A stretch of 64,000 nucleotides of DNA from an uncultured Planctomycetota bacterium (GTDB taxonomy: Bacteria > Planctomycetota > Planctomycetia > Gemmatales > Gemmataceae): the NCBI GenBank assembly GCA_963849325.1, contig CAWKHF010000005.1:288001-352000 (forward strand). Direction: 5' to 3'. The notes under the pieces were generated by a model, which ran no database searches, was not told the origin of the DNA, and saw only the letters and a list, made by a program, of their open reading frames with translations. Of the stretch, positions 1 through 10,113 are shown piece after piece; position 1 is the first letter of the stretch; every line of letters starts with the position of its first letter. The translations under genes and the position numbers were made by a program.

Positions 1-943
1 CGGGCCGGCGGCTTCGGGGCGGTCAGGACATCTGCGGTGCCGGACTTGGGGCCGACGCCGGATGCGGCAGGCTCGGCCCTGGTGTCCGAGGTATCCGGCT
101 TGCTCGCCTTGACAGGTTGGATGGTCGTATCGGCGCCGTGCCCGGTAGGGGACGATGCCGGGCGAGCGTCGGCCGTCCGCGGCGCGCCCGGCGAAGGCAA
201 ACGCAGGTCGTCCCGCCGGGCGTGGAGCATGCTCGGCGTCGCGGTCGCCGGCCGCGATGCCAGGCTGCCCAGGGCCGCCATCGGCACCATCTGCGAACCG
301 TCCTTCGTCACCTGTACCAGCCGCTGACCGTCGCGCAGGACCGGCTCGAGATTCAACTGATTGACGACGCCGGAGCAGCCGGGCAACTGCCGAAACAACC
401 GGCTGACGGCCACCTTTTCCTCGACGGAGCCGACCGGGCCGCTCACCGTGACCAGACCGTTGGCGTGCGCCTCGACGTGCATCTGTCGGCCGGCCTCGCC
501 GAGTTCCTTGGCCAGTAGTTCGGCGCCTTCCTTTTGCAGGATCTCGACGCGGGGCGACGGCCGCAGGCTCAGGTTGGCCTGGATCTTCACGCCGTCCATC
601 ACCTTCAGGAAGGTGTTCCAGCGGACCAGCTCCAGGGCGCGCTGCTTGACCATCTCATTGGGCACGAAGCCGCGCACTTCCAGGTATTCGCCGGCGGCTG
701 CGGGCGTTGAGATAGTAAGGAAAGGTGATGCTGTCCGACAGCAGCGCCAGCTGCACCTTCATCTCTTCCAGGCGGCTTGGCCCTTGCGAGGGGATGACGC
801 TTTTCTCGTGCGGTCCCTCCGGAGCCGGCGCTCTGCGGGCCGCGGAAGGGGTAGGAAATGCCTTGCGCCGGCGCTGGGCGCGCCAGGCCCACAACACCGG
901 CCGCCAGGAGAATGCTGACGGCACGTCGCAGCGCCCTACGCAT
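1..943 (-). CDS. Secreted BON-domain-like protein (runs off window start; apparent sequencing frameshifts)
   Basis: ATG at 943 follows an AAGGAG RBS and encodes a signal peptide MRRALRRAVSILLAAGVVGLARPAPAQ. Joining frames gives EEMKVQLALLSD...LEVRGFVPNEMVKQRALELVR and NGLVTVSGPVGSVEEKVAVSRLFRQLPGCSGVVNQL, a BON-like pattern. Confidence 0.65.
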
Positions 944-955
944 GACAAACTCCTT

Positions 956-1042
956 AGTTCTGAGTTCTGAGTTCTGAGTTCTGAGTGAAAAAAGTATTGT
1001 CTTCACTCAGAACTCAGAACTCAGAACTCAGAACTCAGAACT
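956..1042. repeat. Inverted array of heptamer tandem repeats: (AGTTCTG)4...(CAGAACT)5
   Basis: Read directly from the sequence; the arms extend with AGTGAA/TTCACT around a 12-nt spacer. Confidence 0.95.
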
Positions 1043-1057
1043 GACGAAGTACTTGGA

Positions 1058-1623
1058 TTATTGGTTGAGCAGGTCGCGGCTGACGTCGCGCTGCACCTCC
1101 GGGTTGGGGCAGGGATACAGGTGCAGGTGGTCGAGGTCGATGTACACGACCTCGGCAGCGCGGCCGAACGCAGCGGAACGGGAAGGGGTAGCCCGACTCG
1201 ATGGTCTCGGTGTAGTAGATGGTGCATTTCCAGTGGCAGTGGTGCAGCTGGGCCGGCCCGATGAGCGGGAAGAAGCGCGGCGGATCGATCTTGTCCACGA
1301 TGCGCTCGGTCACGATCTGGATGTTGTCGCGGAACTCCTCGTAAAAGTAGGGCACGCCGCGATGCACGTGCGGCATGGCGCGGAGGATGCGAGCCTCGTC
1401 GGGCGGATCCTCGCACAACGGCGGCGGGAAGCCTTCGCGGATGGGCGGCATGATCGGCGTGCGGAAGTCGTTCTTCCAGCAGTATTTCTCCTCCATGCGC
1501 TCCGTTACCCACGGCGGGACGGGAATGGGCGTGGCCAGGCCCATCGAGAAGGGCTAGCAACCGCTCAACCCCAGCCGGCGCCAGCGCCAGGACGGCCAGC
1601 ACCAGGGTACGCACCGTTCTCAT
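1058..1623 (-). CDS. Hypothetical (lipo)protein, Pro/His/Cys-rich, frameshifted in assembly
   Basis: Leader MRTVRTLVLAVLALAPAG gives a lipobox-like LSGC after a 1-nt correction. The body is ORF 1035-1544 (…IGPAQLHHCHWKCTIYY…), continuing in another frame as EVVYIDLDHLH to TAA at 1058. Confidence 0.6.
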
Positions 1624-1852
1624 GCCCCTCTCCCTTCCTGCTGAACCCCCGTCCTGCGCCCCCAACCACGGGCGCGACCCATGATGCAGGAAGTATCGGA
1701 GCCTGCTGCGTTAACGACTTTAGCGGTTCGTTCGATTGCAAGGGAGATGGAACGGCGAGACGAGGGGTCGTCCAAGTAGCCCCAGTAGGAGCGCATTGAC
1801 GGCAGCTTGCGGCTTAGCGTGATCGCCACGCTCGCCAGGTTGCGAAAAGGAC

Positions 1853-2820
1853 TCAACGCCGACTCGTGCGGCTCCACCAGCTTCGCCATTTTTCCTGGGC
1901 CTCGGCGATTTGCTCTTTGCTCGCGTCCGGCGGTGGGACCAAAGTCCTCGCCGCGGCTGAGCTTGACCAGGGCGTCGTGGGCGGCGCCGCGGACCTCGTC
2001 CTGCTCGTCGGCCAGCAGGTCGATCAGCTCGCCGGCCAGGCGCGGCATCTGGTTGACGACGACGCGCACGGCCGCCCTGCGTACCTCGGCCAACTCATCG
2101 CCGAGCTTTTCCTTGACGACCTCCGGGGTCTGTCGCGACAGGTGGCCGTAGAGCAGATCGCGGCCGAGCTTCTGAGTGTCCTTGTCGTAGCTGCCGGCGG
2201 CATTGGCCAGGCCGGGCAGCACTTCCTTGCCGCGGCGGTTCGACAGTTCGGTAAGGAGCAATTGCAGCCGCGGGACCGCGTTCGCTGCTGGCGGCGTCGG
2301 CCAGTTCGCCGACGCTCATGGCGCGCGGCGACTTCGGTCCCGCCTTGGGCTGCCGGGCCAGGGCGTTCTTGCGCAGCATGACGCCGACGCGAAGATCTTG
2401 CAGCACGCCGGCATGTCGGGTCCGGCCAACGCCGGCGCCGATGTTGTCGCGGGCGAACTCGAGCAGTTCTTGATCGTCCGAGGCCGCCAGCAGACGGCCG
2501 AGTTTCTGAGCGATGACCACGACGGGACAACTGTGCTCGATCTGCGCCGCCCGGTTCAAGCCGCGGATCAGGGCCGGAATCGCCTGCGATTCCGAGGTCC
2601 TTAAAGTCTTTCAAAGCCTTGCGCGGCGTCCGCGCCCTTCAAACGGCCGATGTCGTAGAGCATGAAGCGGTCGATGATCTCATCGAGCTTGTCCTCCTCC
2701 TCCTTGGTGAGATAGGGCAGGCTGGGGGCGTAGGGGCTGTGCTTGGGCTTCTCCTTGGCGGACGGCGTGTCGGCGGCGCCGAAGACGGCGAGCGTGAGGA
2801 CGAGCAGAGTGGTGGATCAT
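1853..2820 (-). CDS. Secreted HEAT-repeat-like protein (frameshifted in assembly)
   Basis: Joined frames give a signal-like N-terminus, AIPALIRGLNRAAQIEHSCP, LIDLLADEQDEVRGAAHDALVKLSRGEDFGP and a C-terminal WRSWW, typical of HEAT/PBS-lyase-like proteins. Confidence 0.6.
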
Positions 2821-3001
2821 CGACGGCTCTCCTGGCAATGACAGAGGATCTCGGGAGGAAGAGCGTCCGAGAAAAGCACGCCTTGAGTTTACCGTGCCGC
2901 CGCCGCCTCCGCAATTCGCAATCGCCTCTCATTTTCTCTTCAGTGGATGCTGGATAGACTGGAAGTACCGTCCGATTGCTTTCCGACGAGAAGGAGTCCC
3001 C

Positions 3002-3673
3002 ATGAATCGTTTTCCGTTTCGGTCGGGCCGTCGCGCCTTCCTGAGCGCGGCCGCCCTGGGCGCCGCTGCCTTCACGACGCGCGGCCTGTTTGCCGAGGAG
3101 TTGGCCCTGGTCCGCACACCGCGGCAGACCGAAGGCCCGTTCTATCCCAACAAGCTGCCGCTGGATACCGACAACGACCTGCTGATCGTCAACGACTCGA
3201 TCACGCCGGCCGTCGGCACGATCACTCACCTGGGCGGCCGCATCCTCGACGCCAGGGGCAACCCGGTGCGCAACGCCCTGGTCGAGATCTGGCAATGCGA
3301 TAACAAGGGCGTCTACCTGCACACCGGCGATTCCGGCCGCCGCGAGCGCGACGCCAACTTCCAGGGCTTCGGTCGTTTCCTGACCGGCTCCAGCGGCGAG
3401 TATTATTTCCGCACCATCAAGCCGGTCCCCTACCCCGGCCGCACGCCGCACATTCACTTCAAGATCAAGAAGGGCGAGAAGGAGCTGCTCACGACGCAGT
3501 GTTATATCAAGGGCGAGCCGCGCAACGAGCGCGACGGCATCTTCCGCAGCCTCCGCGATGTCAAGGCGCGCGACGCCGTTCTCGTGGCCTTCGCGCCGCT
3601 GAAGGAGTCGCGCATCGGCGAGGTGGCGGCGAAATTCGACGTGGTGCTCGGCTGGACGCCGGAGAGCAAGTAG
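3002..3673 (+). CDS. Intradiol ring-cleavage dioxygenase family protein, Tat-exported
   Basis: Twin-arginine RRAFL leader; TEGPFYP, VEIWQCD..GVY, FRTIKPVPYPGRTPHIHF motifs. Confidence 0.92.
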   Translation: MNRFPFRSGRRAFLSAAALGAAAFTTRGLFAEELALVRTPRQTEGPFYPNKLPLDTDNDLLIVNDSITPAVGTITHLGGRILDARGNPVRNALVEIWQCDNKGVYLHTGDSGRRERDANFQGFGRFLTGSSGEYYFRTIKPVPYPGRTPHIHFKIKKGEKELLTTQCYIKGEPRNERDGIFRSLRDVKARDAVLVAFAPLKESRIGEVAAKFDVVLGWTPESK

Positions 3674-3684
3674 GCCAAGAGAAG

Positions 3685-3733
3685 CTCGTTCGTCCTCGTT
3701 CCCAAGCTCTGCTTGGGAACGAGGACGAACGAG
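3685..3733. repeat. REP-like palindrome (23-bp perfect arms)
   Basis: CTCGTTCGTCCTCGTTCCCAAGC-TCT-GCTTGGGAACGAGGACGAACGAG. Confidence 0.9.
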
Positions 3734-3882
3734 GACGACTCCCCAAATCCACGCACGCACCCGAGCAACGGTTCCTTCCGCCTTTTTCCTCCTTTTGTGC
3801 TCCCGATGGCGCGGTACACTGGGCAAGGAAAGGTGGAACTCGGGTGCGCGCCGAATAGAGGATGCCGATAAGGAGCCGTGCT

Positions 3883-4113
3883 ATGCAACTGACCAAAGAA
3901 CAACTGAAGGCCGTCCGTGGGGGGAAACCCGTGCGGCTGAACGAAGAGGGCACGGAACTGGTGGTGGTGTGCGCCGATGTGTTCGAGCGTTTGCGCGGCT
4001 TCCAGTACGACGATAGCCCCTGGAGCGACGAGGAGTTGGACTTGCTGGCGGCGGAAGACGCCGACGCGCTCGGCTGGGAGGGAATGGAAGCCTATCAAGG
4101 CGACGAGCAATGA
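3883..4113 (+). CDS. Small acidic protein, putative type II antitoxin
   Basis: AAGGAG RBS; 76 aa with acidic C-terminus (…LGWEGMEAYQ); ATGA overlap with a PemK/MazF-like remnant. Confidence 0.55.
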   Translation: MQLTKEQLKAVRGGKPVRLNEEGTELVVVCADVFERLRGFQYDDSPWSDEELDLLAAEDADALGWEGMEAYQGDEQ

Positions 4114-4190
4114 ACCTGGCTAACGGAGATGACACCCTGGCCTGCTTCCCACATGCTTACTGGCGGCAGGAGCAAGAATCGCCCCGCGAC
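4110..4190 (+). pseudogene. Truncated PemK/MazF-like toxin 5' remnant
   Basis: MNLANGDDTLACFPHA then, after a 1-nt shift, TGGRSKNRPA; this matches the G-D-(V/I)xxxxFP...K-x-RPA start of PemK/MazF toxins and similarity stops there. Confidence 0.5.
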
Positions 4191-4235
4191 AGGCCGAAGC
4201 ATGTGATGTACATTGGAAGGGGGCGAGTCGAGGAC

Positions 4236-4577
4236 ATGGCCGAACCGCGGACAGCGAAGCAGGTGATCGACCAGGCGATTCGGGAAAACCGCTGGGCTTC
4301 CTTTCTTTGCTATGCGCTCGTCATTCTCTTCGCGGTCGCTGGGCTGGCCGTGCTGATTTGGGGGGCATTCTCCAGGGAAGGACTTGTGTCCTTAGCCGGC
4401 AGTGTCGCCAGCATGTTGTTCTGGCCGGCGTTGAGTCAGGCGCGACAGATTCGGGAGCTTAACCTGAGTATCCGCCTCTTGGAGATCCCCTTGTCGAGCA
4501 CAGACAATGCCAAAGAGGCCGCCGATGCGTTGCGGGTCGTTTTCCTGCAACGGTTCCAGATAAAGGAGCCGCGATGA
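4236..4577 (+). CDS. Two-TM hypothetical membrane protein
   Basis: ATG after GAGGAC; two hydrophobic segments followed by an amphipathic tail; ATGA overlap with next ORF. Confidence 0.65.
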   Translation: MAEPRTAKQVIDQAIRENRWASFLCYALVILFAVAGLAVLIWGAFSREGLVSLAGSVASMLFWPALSQARQIRELNLSIRLLEIPLSSTDNAKEAADALRVVFLQRFQIKEPR

Positions 4578-4882
4578 ATCCCTTTAAGCCGAGGCGCACA
4601 TTTGAGTCCGTGGTACGCGAGTTGGTCGCCGGCCTGGAAGACGGCGCCATCGTCTTGGGCAAAGATGCCGGCACACCTCCGCCCGAGAAACGAACCGACG
4701 CGATCTTTCTGTTCAGTAACTCTCTCGGGATGAGGATGAAAGCGAGCCCTCATCCCTCTCGGACCAAGCGCTGTCATAGGTTCGTCGCTGAATGGGTCAG
4801 CTTGGATCTTCAGTCAAGGCAAAACCTCCCCCTTGATTTCAACTCCAATCAGGCACTGAAGGTCTTTCAGGTTTCGAGATAG
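4574..4882 (+). CDS. Hypothetical protein (3' part doubtful)
   Basis: AAGGAG RBS and translational coupling to upstream ORF; only the N-terminal ~45 aa look protein-like. Confidence 0.4.
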   Translation: MNPFKPRRTFESVVRELVAGLEDGAIVLGKDAGTPPPEKRTDAIFLFSNSLGMRMKASPHPSRTKRCHRFVAEWVSLDLQSRQNLPLDFNSNQALKVFQVSR

Positions 4883-4921
4883 TCGCTCTCATGACAACAG
4901 GACGTTGGGAAGGGATCGAGT

Positions 4922-5221
4922 ATGACTTTGACCCCGGAGCAGCAAGAATCGGTCAAGAAGTGGCTTGAGGAAAAGCTTGGCATGCGGAGTTGTCCCTCCT
5001 GCGGCCAACTGCAAGGCTTTACGGTAGGCGCGATCATTGCCGCGCCGATCGTGAAGGTGACCGGCGAGGGTATGACTGTCGATAGCGAGAACTCAGTGCC
5101 CTTCGTGCCCCTCGCCTGTCGAAACTGCGGGGATACTCGTCTCTTTTCGGCAATCGTTATGGGCCTTATCCCGGAGGGCGGACGCATGGACGTAGTAATT
5201 GATGGCGGATCGGATTGGTGA
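4922..5221 (+). CDS. Small zinc-ribbon protein
   Basis: CPSC...CRNC pairs in a 99-aa ORF. Confidence 0.7.
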   Translation: MTLTPEQQESVKKWLEEKLGMRSCPSCGQLQGFTVGAIIAAPIVKVTGEGMTVDSENSVPFVPLACRNCGDTRLFSAIVMGLIPEGGRMDVVIDGGSDW

Positions 5222-5314
5222 GGACAAGCTAGTCACGGCCTAAGTAGGGCCGCAGACCGGCCACGAGGCGAACCGTCTCCACGCGGACCCGCACGGAGGT
5301 GCGAAGGAAGAGCG

Positions 5315-7531
5315 TTACGCCGCCAGAGGCGGCGATGTCGTCGCTTCGGCTTCGTCCAGCAGCAAGCGGGCGATGCGCTCCACTTCCTCCCGCAGCTCGT
5401 TTAGCTGTCGTTCATCCTGTTCGTGGACCAGCTGCCAGTGGCGTAGCTCGTGTCGGCGCTGCTGCTCCAGGTCGGCCGAGGCGGCTTGACGTTCCTCCCA
5501 CTCGGCGACTTGACGCATCCACTCCTCATGCCGGGCGACCAAACCTTCCTCCTGCTCGCCGATGCGGCCGGCGCGGTGGTTGAGGCGTTTCGTCTCGGCC
5601 TTGAGGGCGGCGCGTTCGCGGGCCAGCTCGCGTTCCTCGGCCTGGATGTGGGCGAGATGACGGCGGCGCAGACGTTCCAGGCGCTTGTCGGTGCCCGGTG
5701 TGTCGGCCGAGCGACGAAGCAGCTCCTGGCGAAGCTGCTCCAGAGCGAGCGTCCGAGCGGCCAGGTCGCGCTGGCCGCGGATCAACTCCGCTCGGCGGTC
5801 CTGGCACTCCTGCCACAACAGCGTGTAATCGTGACGCATCTGCTCGTGAAGTGTGCGGGCCTGGCGTAGCTCCTCCATCTCCTGGCCGCGCCGGCGGACG
5901 TGCTTTTGACGCAGCTCCTCCAGCCGTCGCGTCCGGGCCTCGGCCAGTTCCTCACGGCCGCGCACGTCGGCGAGGAGCATCACGCGCTCGTTGTCCAGGA
6001 ACGTCTCGCGGGCGGTCAGGCGAGCGTGCCACGCCTCCAGGGAACAACGGACCTCGAACAGTGCCTCCTGACGACGGCGCAGGTCCGTCTCGCTGGCGGC
6101 CAACGCCTGCTCTCGACTGTCGAGGCGCCATTCGCGCTGCACCAGTTCGCGCGCCGACGCCTCGAACTCGGCGAGGATCGCCGACCGCTGCGGTCCCCAG
6201 CTCTCCTGTAGCTCCAGCAGGTGTTGCCATTGTTCGAGCAGATGGCGGCGCTGGTCGGCCAGATCACCAGCCAGGCGCGCCAGCACGCGCGGCACGTCCG
6301 GCTCGCGCCGGCGGACGATCGCAGCCGGCGCCTCCGCTTCCGCCTGCTCCTGTCCGGCCGCCGGTGTCTCTTGCTTCTCCTGGGCCAGCAGCTTGAGACG
6401 CTGATTGCGGATGCGAGTGTCGAGTCCCTCAGTCTCCTTGCGCAGCTGGAGGTGCAGCTGCTCGGCGAGTCGTTTCTGTTCGGCCAGCGCCTGCTCGGCC
6501 CCGGCCACGGCCGCCTCGCGCCGGTCCAGGTCGCGCAGGCGCCGCGTCCGCTCCGCTTGCTCCTGGTTCAGACACGCCTCCCACTGCTGCTGAGCCAATC
6601 CCAACTGCTGCCATTCGTCCTGCAATTGGCGGCGGCCCAGCTCGACCTCGCCGTTGAAACGCAGCTGGGCCTGGGTCAGCCGGACGCGCTCGCGCTGCAG
6701 TTCGGCCGCGTCCTGCTCGGCCTTGACTCGCCGCGCTTCCGCCTCGCGCTCGCGGCGCCGCAAGTCGGTCTCATGGGTCTGCCAGTGTTTGCGCCAGCGC
6801 TTCTTGAGCCGCTTGCGCAGCTCGACCAAGCGCCGGCGTTCCTTGCCGGCCTGCTGAAGCTCGTGCCGGACGGCTTCACGCTCCTTCTCCAAGGCCGCGC
6901 GCACTTCCTCGTTCTGCCGTCGGGCCGCGTCGGCCTCGGCCTTGAGGGCGGCGCGGTCCTGTCGCGCCTGTTCGCGCAGGTCGAGAAGTTCCTGGCGGCG
7001 CTCGTCGAGGTGGGTCGCCAGCTGTTCCTTCTGGCGCTGCAGCGCCTTGCGCCGCTGCTGAAGCTGGTTCTCTTCCTCGGCCAACTCGGCCTGCTGGGCG
7101 GCGACCGCCGCCGCCTGGATGCGCAGGGCGTCGCGTTCGGCGCGCAGCGACGCCTCCCCGAGCGGCGGTTCGGGCAATTCCTCGGACGCCGGCAGCTGGA
7201 CGCGGAACTGGAACGGGCCGACGGTGAGGACGTCGTCGTGGTGTAAGGGAACGTCCTGGATCGCTTCGCCGTTGAGGAAGGTGCCGCGGACGCTGCCCAG
7301 GTCGCGCAACTGGAAGCCGGCCGGGCCATGCACGATGGCGCAGTGCAGCGGGTTGACGCCCTCGACGTTGAGGTGAAACTCGCAGGCCGGATCGCGGCCG
7401 ATCAGCGTCAGCGCCGGGGCCAGCGCCCGGCGCGTACCGCGCAGTCGGCCGTTCTGCACCACCAGCTCGCCCAGCGCCGCGGGAGGAGAATCATCGCCAG
7501 ACTCGGGCGGCGAGAGGGGATTGGGTTCCAT
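5315..7531 (-). CDS. FHA-domain, long coiled-coil protein
   Basis: N-terminal FHA motif (LIGRDPAC...HCAI...RDLGSVRGTFLNG) followed by about 600 aa of E/Q/R/L-rich helix; likely start MEPNP at 7531. Confidence 0.88.
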   Translation of the reverse strand: MEPNPLSPPESGDDSPPAALGELVVQNGRLRGTRRALAPALTLIGRDPACEFHLNVEGVNPLHCAIVHGPAGFQLRDLGSVRGTFLNGEAIQDVPLHHDDVLTVGPFQFRVQLPASEELPEPPLGEASLRAERDALRIQAAAVAAQQAELAEEENQLQQRRKALQRQKEQLATHLDERRQELLDLREQARQDRAALKAEADAARRQNEEVRAALEKEREAVRHELQQAGKERRRLVELRKRLKKRWRKHWQTHETDLRRREREAEARRVKAEQDAAELQRERVRLTQAQLRFNGEVELGRRQLQDEWQQLGLAQQQWEACLNQEQAERTRRLRDLDRREAAVAGAEQALAEQKRLAEQLHLQLRKETEGLDTRIRNQRLKLLAQEKQETPAAGQEQAEAEAPAAIVRRREPDVPRVLARLAGDLADQRRHLLEQWQHLLELQESWGPQRSAILAEFEASARELVQREWRLDSREQALAASETDLRRRQEALFEVRCSLEAWHARLTARETFLDNERVMLLADVRGREELAEARTRRLEELRQKHVRRRGQEMEELRQARTLHEQMRHDYTLLWQECQDRRAELIRGQRDLAARTLALEQLRQELLRRSADTPGTDKRLERLRRRHLAHIQAEERELARERAALKAETKRLNHRAGRIGEQEEGLVARHEEWMRQVAEWEERQAASADLEQQRRHELRHWQLVHEQDERQLNELREEVERIARLLLDEAEATTSPPLAA

Positions 7532-7628
7532 GCAGGGGATCCTCAGATGGCGCGATGCGGAGTCTTCTCCACTATCGGCCGACGATCCCTGCGAAGTTGA
7601 GGACGGGCGGACGCTTCGTCGAAACCCG

Positions 7629-7686
7629 TAGCCGCGACGCGCAGCGGAGCGCGGGCACTCCCGCGCTCCGCTGCGCGTCGCGGCTA
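7629..7686. repeat. REP-like palindrome, family 1 (GCCGCGACGCGCAGCGGAGCG)
   Basis: Perfect inverted arms; other copies at 24083, 28889 and a partial at ~45997. Confidence 0.9.
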
Positions 7687-7725
7687 ACGAGCGGTCTGGG
7701 CGATTCGACGAGCAGTGATCGGCGC

Positions 7726-8064
7726 TCACGATTCCAGGGCGCGGTTGAGCATCTTGACCAGGTTGTCCATCGGCTGGTTGCCGATTTGCTTGTCGATCGG
7801 CTGATCGCCGCCCTTGAAGAGCAGGACCTGGGGGATGGCGGAAATGCCGTACTTGACGGCGATTTCGGGGGCTTCGTCGGTGTTGAGCTTGCCGACCTTG
7901 ACCTTGCCGGCGAACTGGTCGGCGATCTTGTCGATCGTCGGCGCCAGCATCCGGCACGGACCGCACCAGACGGCCCAGAAGTCCACCAGGACGGGTTTCT
8001 CGCTCTGCACGACTTCCTTTTCCCAGTTCGCCGCCGTCAGCTCGATCACGTTGGCGCTCGCCAT
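7726..8064 (-). CDS. trxA: Thioredoxin
   Basis: VLVDFWAVWCGPC active site and GISAIP cis-Pro motif. Confidence 0.96.
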   Translation of the reverse strand: MASANVIELTAANWEKEVVQSEKPVLVDFWAVWCGPCRMLAPTIDKIADQFAGKVKVGKLNTDEAPEIAVKYGISAIPQVLLFKGGDQPIDKQIGNQPMDNLVKMLNRALES

Positions 8065-8205
8065 GCCCTTCCGCCTTTCTGAAATCGCGTTCCTCGGTTG
8101 ATTGCCACGGGAGGTTCGCACCCGTCTTTATCGACATTATACGGAGGCGGCGTCAAGTGGCACAACGCGGACACTCCGGCCGAAGCGCGGACACGGGGAA
8201 GATGG

Positions 8206-9667
8206 TCAGCTCAGGGGGTACAGCGGCCTGCGGATGTGCCGGTAGGTGAAGCGCTCGGGATTGACGGCGGTAAGTCCCGGCGTGTCCACTTCGAGGATGG
8301 TGCCGGCGAGAGGAGCGTAAGCCGCCTTGTAGGCGATGGCCGCCTTGACGACGAGGATGCGCTGCTCGTGCGGCCGAATGCCCAGGCAGGTGAGCTGGCC
8401 GAGACTGAACGGCGGATGCCGCAGCGAGTTGAGGACGAGCCAGTTGCGGCCGGGCAATTCGACCAGGGCGGTGGCGCCCATGTGGTTGAGGCGCCGGCCG
8501 CCGTGCCGCACTTCCGGCTCGATGTAGGTGCCCTCGTGCAAGCAGACGGACGCGGCCCGTCAGCGACAACGGTTCGCCGTGCAGCCGATCGACCTTGCCG
8601 CCAACCGTCAGCGACACGTCGGCCTCGACGCCCGCCGCGGCGCAGTGCCGGACTTCCTCGGGTGCATACAGGCAGACAACGCTGTCGGTCGCGCCCTGCC
8701 GCAGCAGCTCGCGCAACAGCGTGGTGCCGTCGCCGGCGGAGCCGCCGCCGACGTTATCGCCGGTATCGACCAGCACGACCGGCCGTTTCTCGGCGCAGCG
8801 CCTCGGCGACCGCCGTCGCCGCATCCGGCAACGGCATGGCGAACTGCTCGCGCGCCTGCCACAAATCCTCCGCCAGCCGATCCGCGGCGCGGCGAGCGTA
8901 GCTCGGGATCGCCGTCGGCGACGACGAGGACCGACGGACCCATCTGCGGCACGTCGGCGTAGGCGAAGCCGGGCAGCAGGCTGACGGCGAGGATGCCCGG
9001 CTCCCGCTCCAGGGCACGGGCCGCTTCCATGAAGGGACGCAGCGGCGGCCGCGAGGTGTCGTGGGCCATGATGTTGACGAGCAGCGGCGGTTTCGCCAGC
9101 GCCAGGCATGGCCGGACCTCGCCGCGCAAGCGGCGCACCAGCAGATGGGCCGCGCGCCGGCCGCACTCGCGCTGATCGACGTGCGGGCAAGTGCGATACG
9201 CCACGGCCACGTCGCAATGATCGACCAGGCGCTGCGACAGGTTGCCGTGCAGGTCGAGCGTGACAGCGATGGGCAATTCGCGGCCGACGGCACGGCGCAG
9301 GCGGGCCAGCACCTCGCCGTCGGCGTCGAGATGCGATGACGCCACCATCGCCCCGTGCAGGGCGAGTAGCAAGCCGTCCGGCCGGCTGGCGCGGAGCAGG
9401 TCGCACAGGCGCTCCGGTGATTTCGTCGAAGACCGCATCCGTCACCGGCCCGGCCGGCGTCGCCCAGGCCATCAGCAGCGGCACCGGCTCGAAACCCTCG
9501 ATGCTCGCCGCCTCGATGAAACCGCCGACCTCGTGGTGCGCGTCGCGCCACTCGCCGAGCAGGTCGGCGCCGGCGGTCAGGCTCTGGGCGGTGAAGGCGG
9601 CGCGGTCGGTGAGCAGGGGATTGAAGGTGTTCGACTCGTGCATGAAGCCGGCGATGGCGAGGCGCAT
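8206..9667 (-). CDS. M81 family metallopeptidase (MlrC-like), frameshifted in assembly
   Basis: HESNTF, LHGAM, TLDLHGN, YRTCPHVD and DTGDNVGGGSAGDGT motifs across three frames. Confidence 0.9.
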
Positions 9668-9735
9668 GATCGCCCCTCGGCGAGGGAAAAAGGCGAACCC
9701 TATCGTGCCAGGAAAGCCGTGCTCTTCTCGGGATC

Positions 9736-10113
9736 CTATTCCGGAACGCTGCGAACCCGATCGCCGACTTTCACTTTGACATCGTTCTTCAGGGCAACAG
9801 AGGACTGATCCACCGGCAGTCTCTCGTACACGATTTGCGTGGGTTCCTGCATGAGAGAAAAGGGAAATGCGGACCAGGAGATTTCCCGCGTCAAAGTCGT
9901 CGCCACACTGATTCTCGCCTGCACGTGAGAAGCCTTGACTCGCCCCTTCACCAACTCGAGTTGGCCAAGAGGTTCATTGGTTTCCGGATCGAAAATCATG
10001 TCGCTCAAGTCATAGATGATAAACTCCATGCCCTCTCGGACACCATGCTCGGAGCCAGCGGCCAAGACCACCTGAGTCGGGCTGAGGATTTGGGCAACCT
10101 TAGTCTGAATCAT
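9736..10113 (-). CDS. Hypothetical protein, FlgT C-terminal-like beta-barrel
   Basis: Pattern VVLAAGSEHGVREGMEFIIY...IFDPETNEPLGQLE..KGRV; lower GC than flanking genes. Confidence 0.6.
   Translation of the reverse strand: MIQTKVAQILSPTQVVLAAGSEHGVREGMEFIIYDLSDMIFDPETNEPLGQLELVKGRVKASHVQARISVATTLTREISWSAFPFSLMQEPTQIVYERLPVDQSSVALKNDVKVKVGDRVRSVPE

Noticed and set aside
1554-1556. In-frame TAG right after the lipobox cysteine as possible stop-codon readthrough
   Set aside because: It lies next to another indel in an error-prone assembly, and TAG is used as a normal stop throughout the window.
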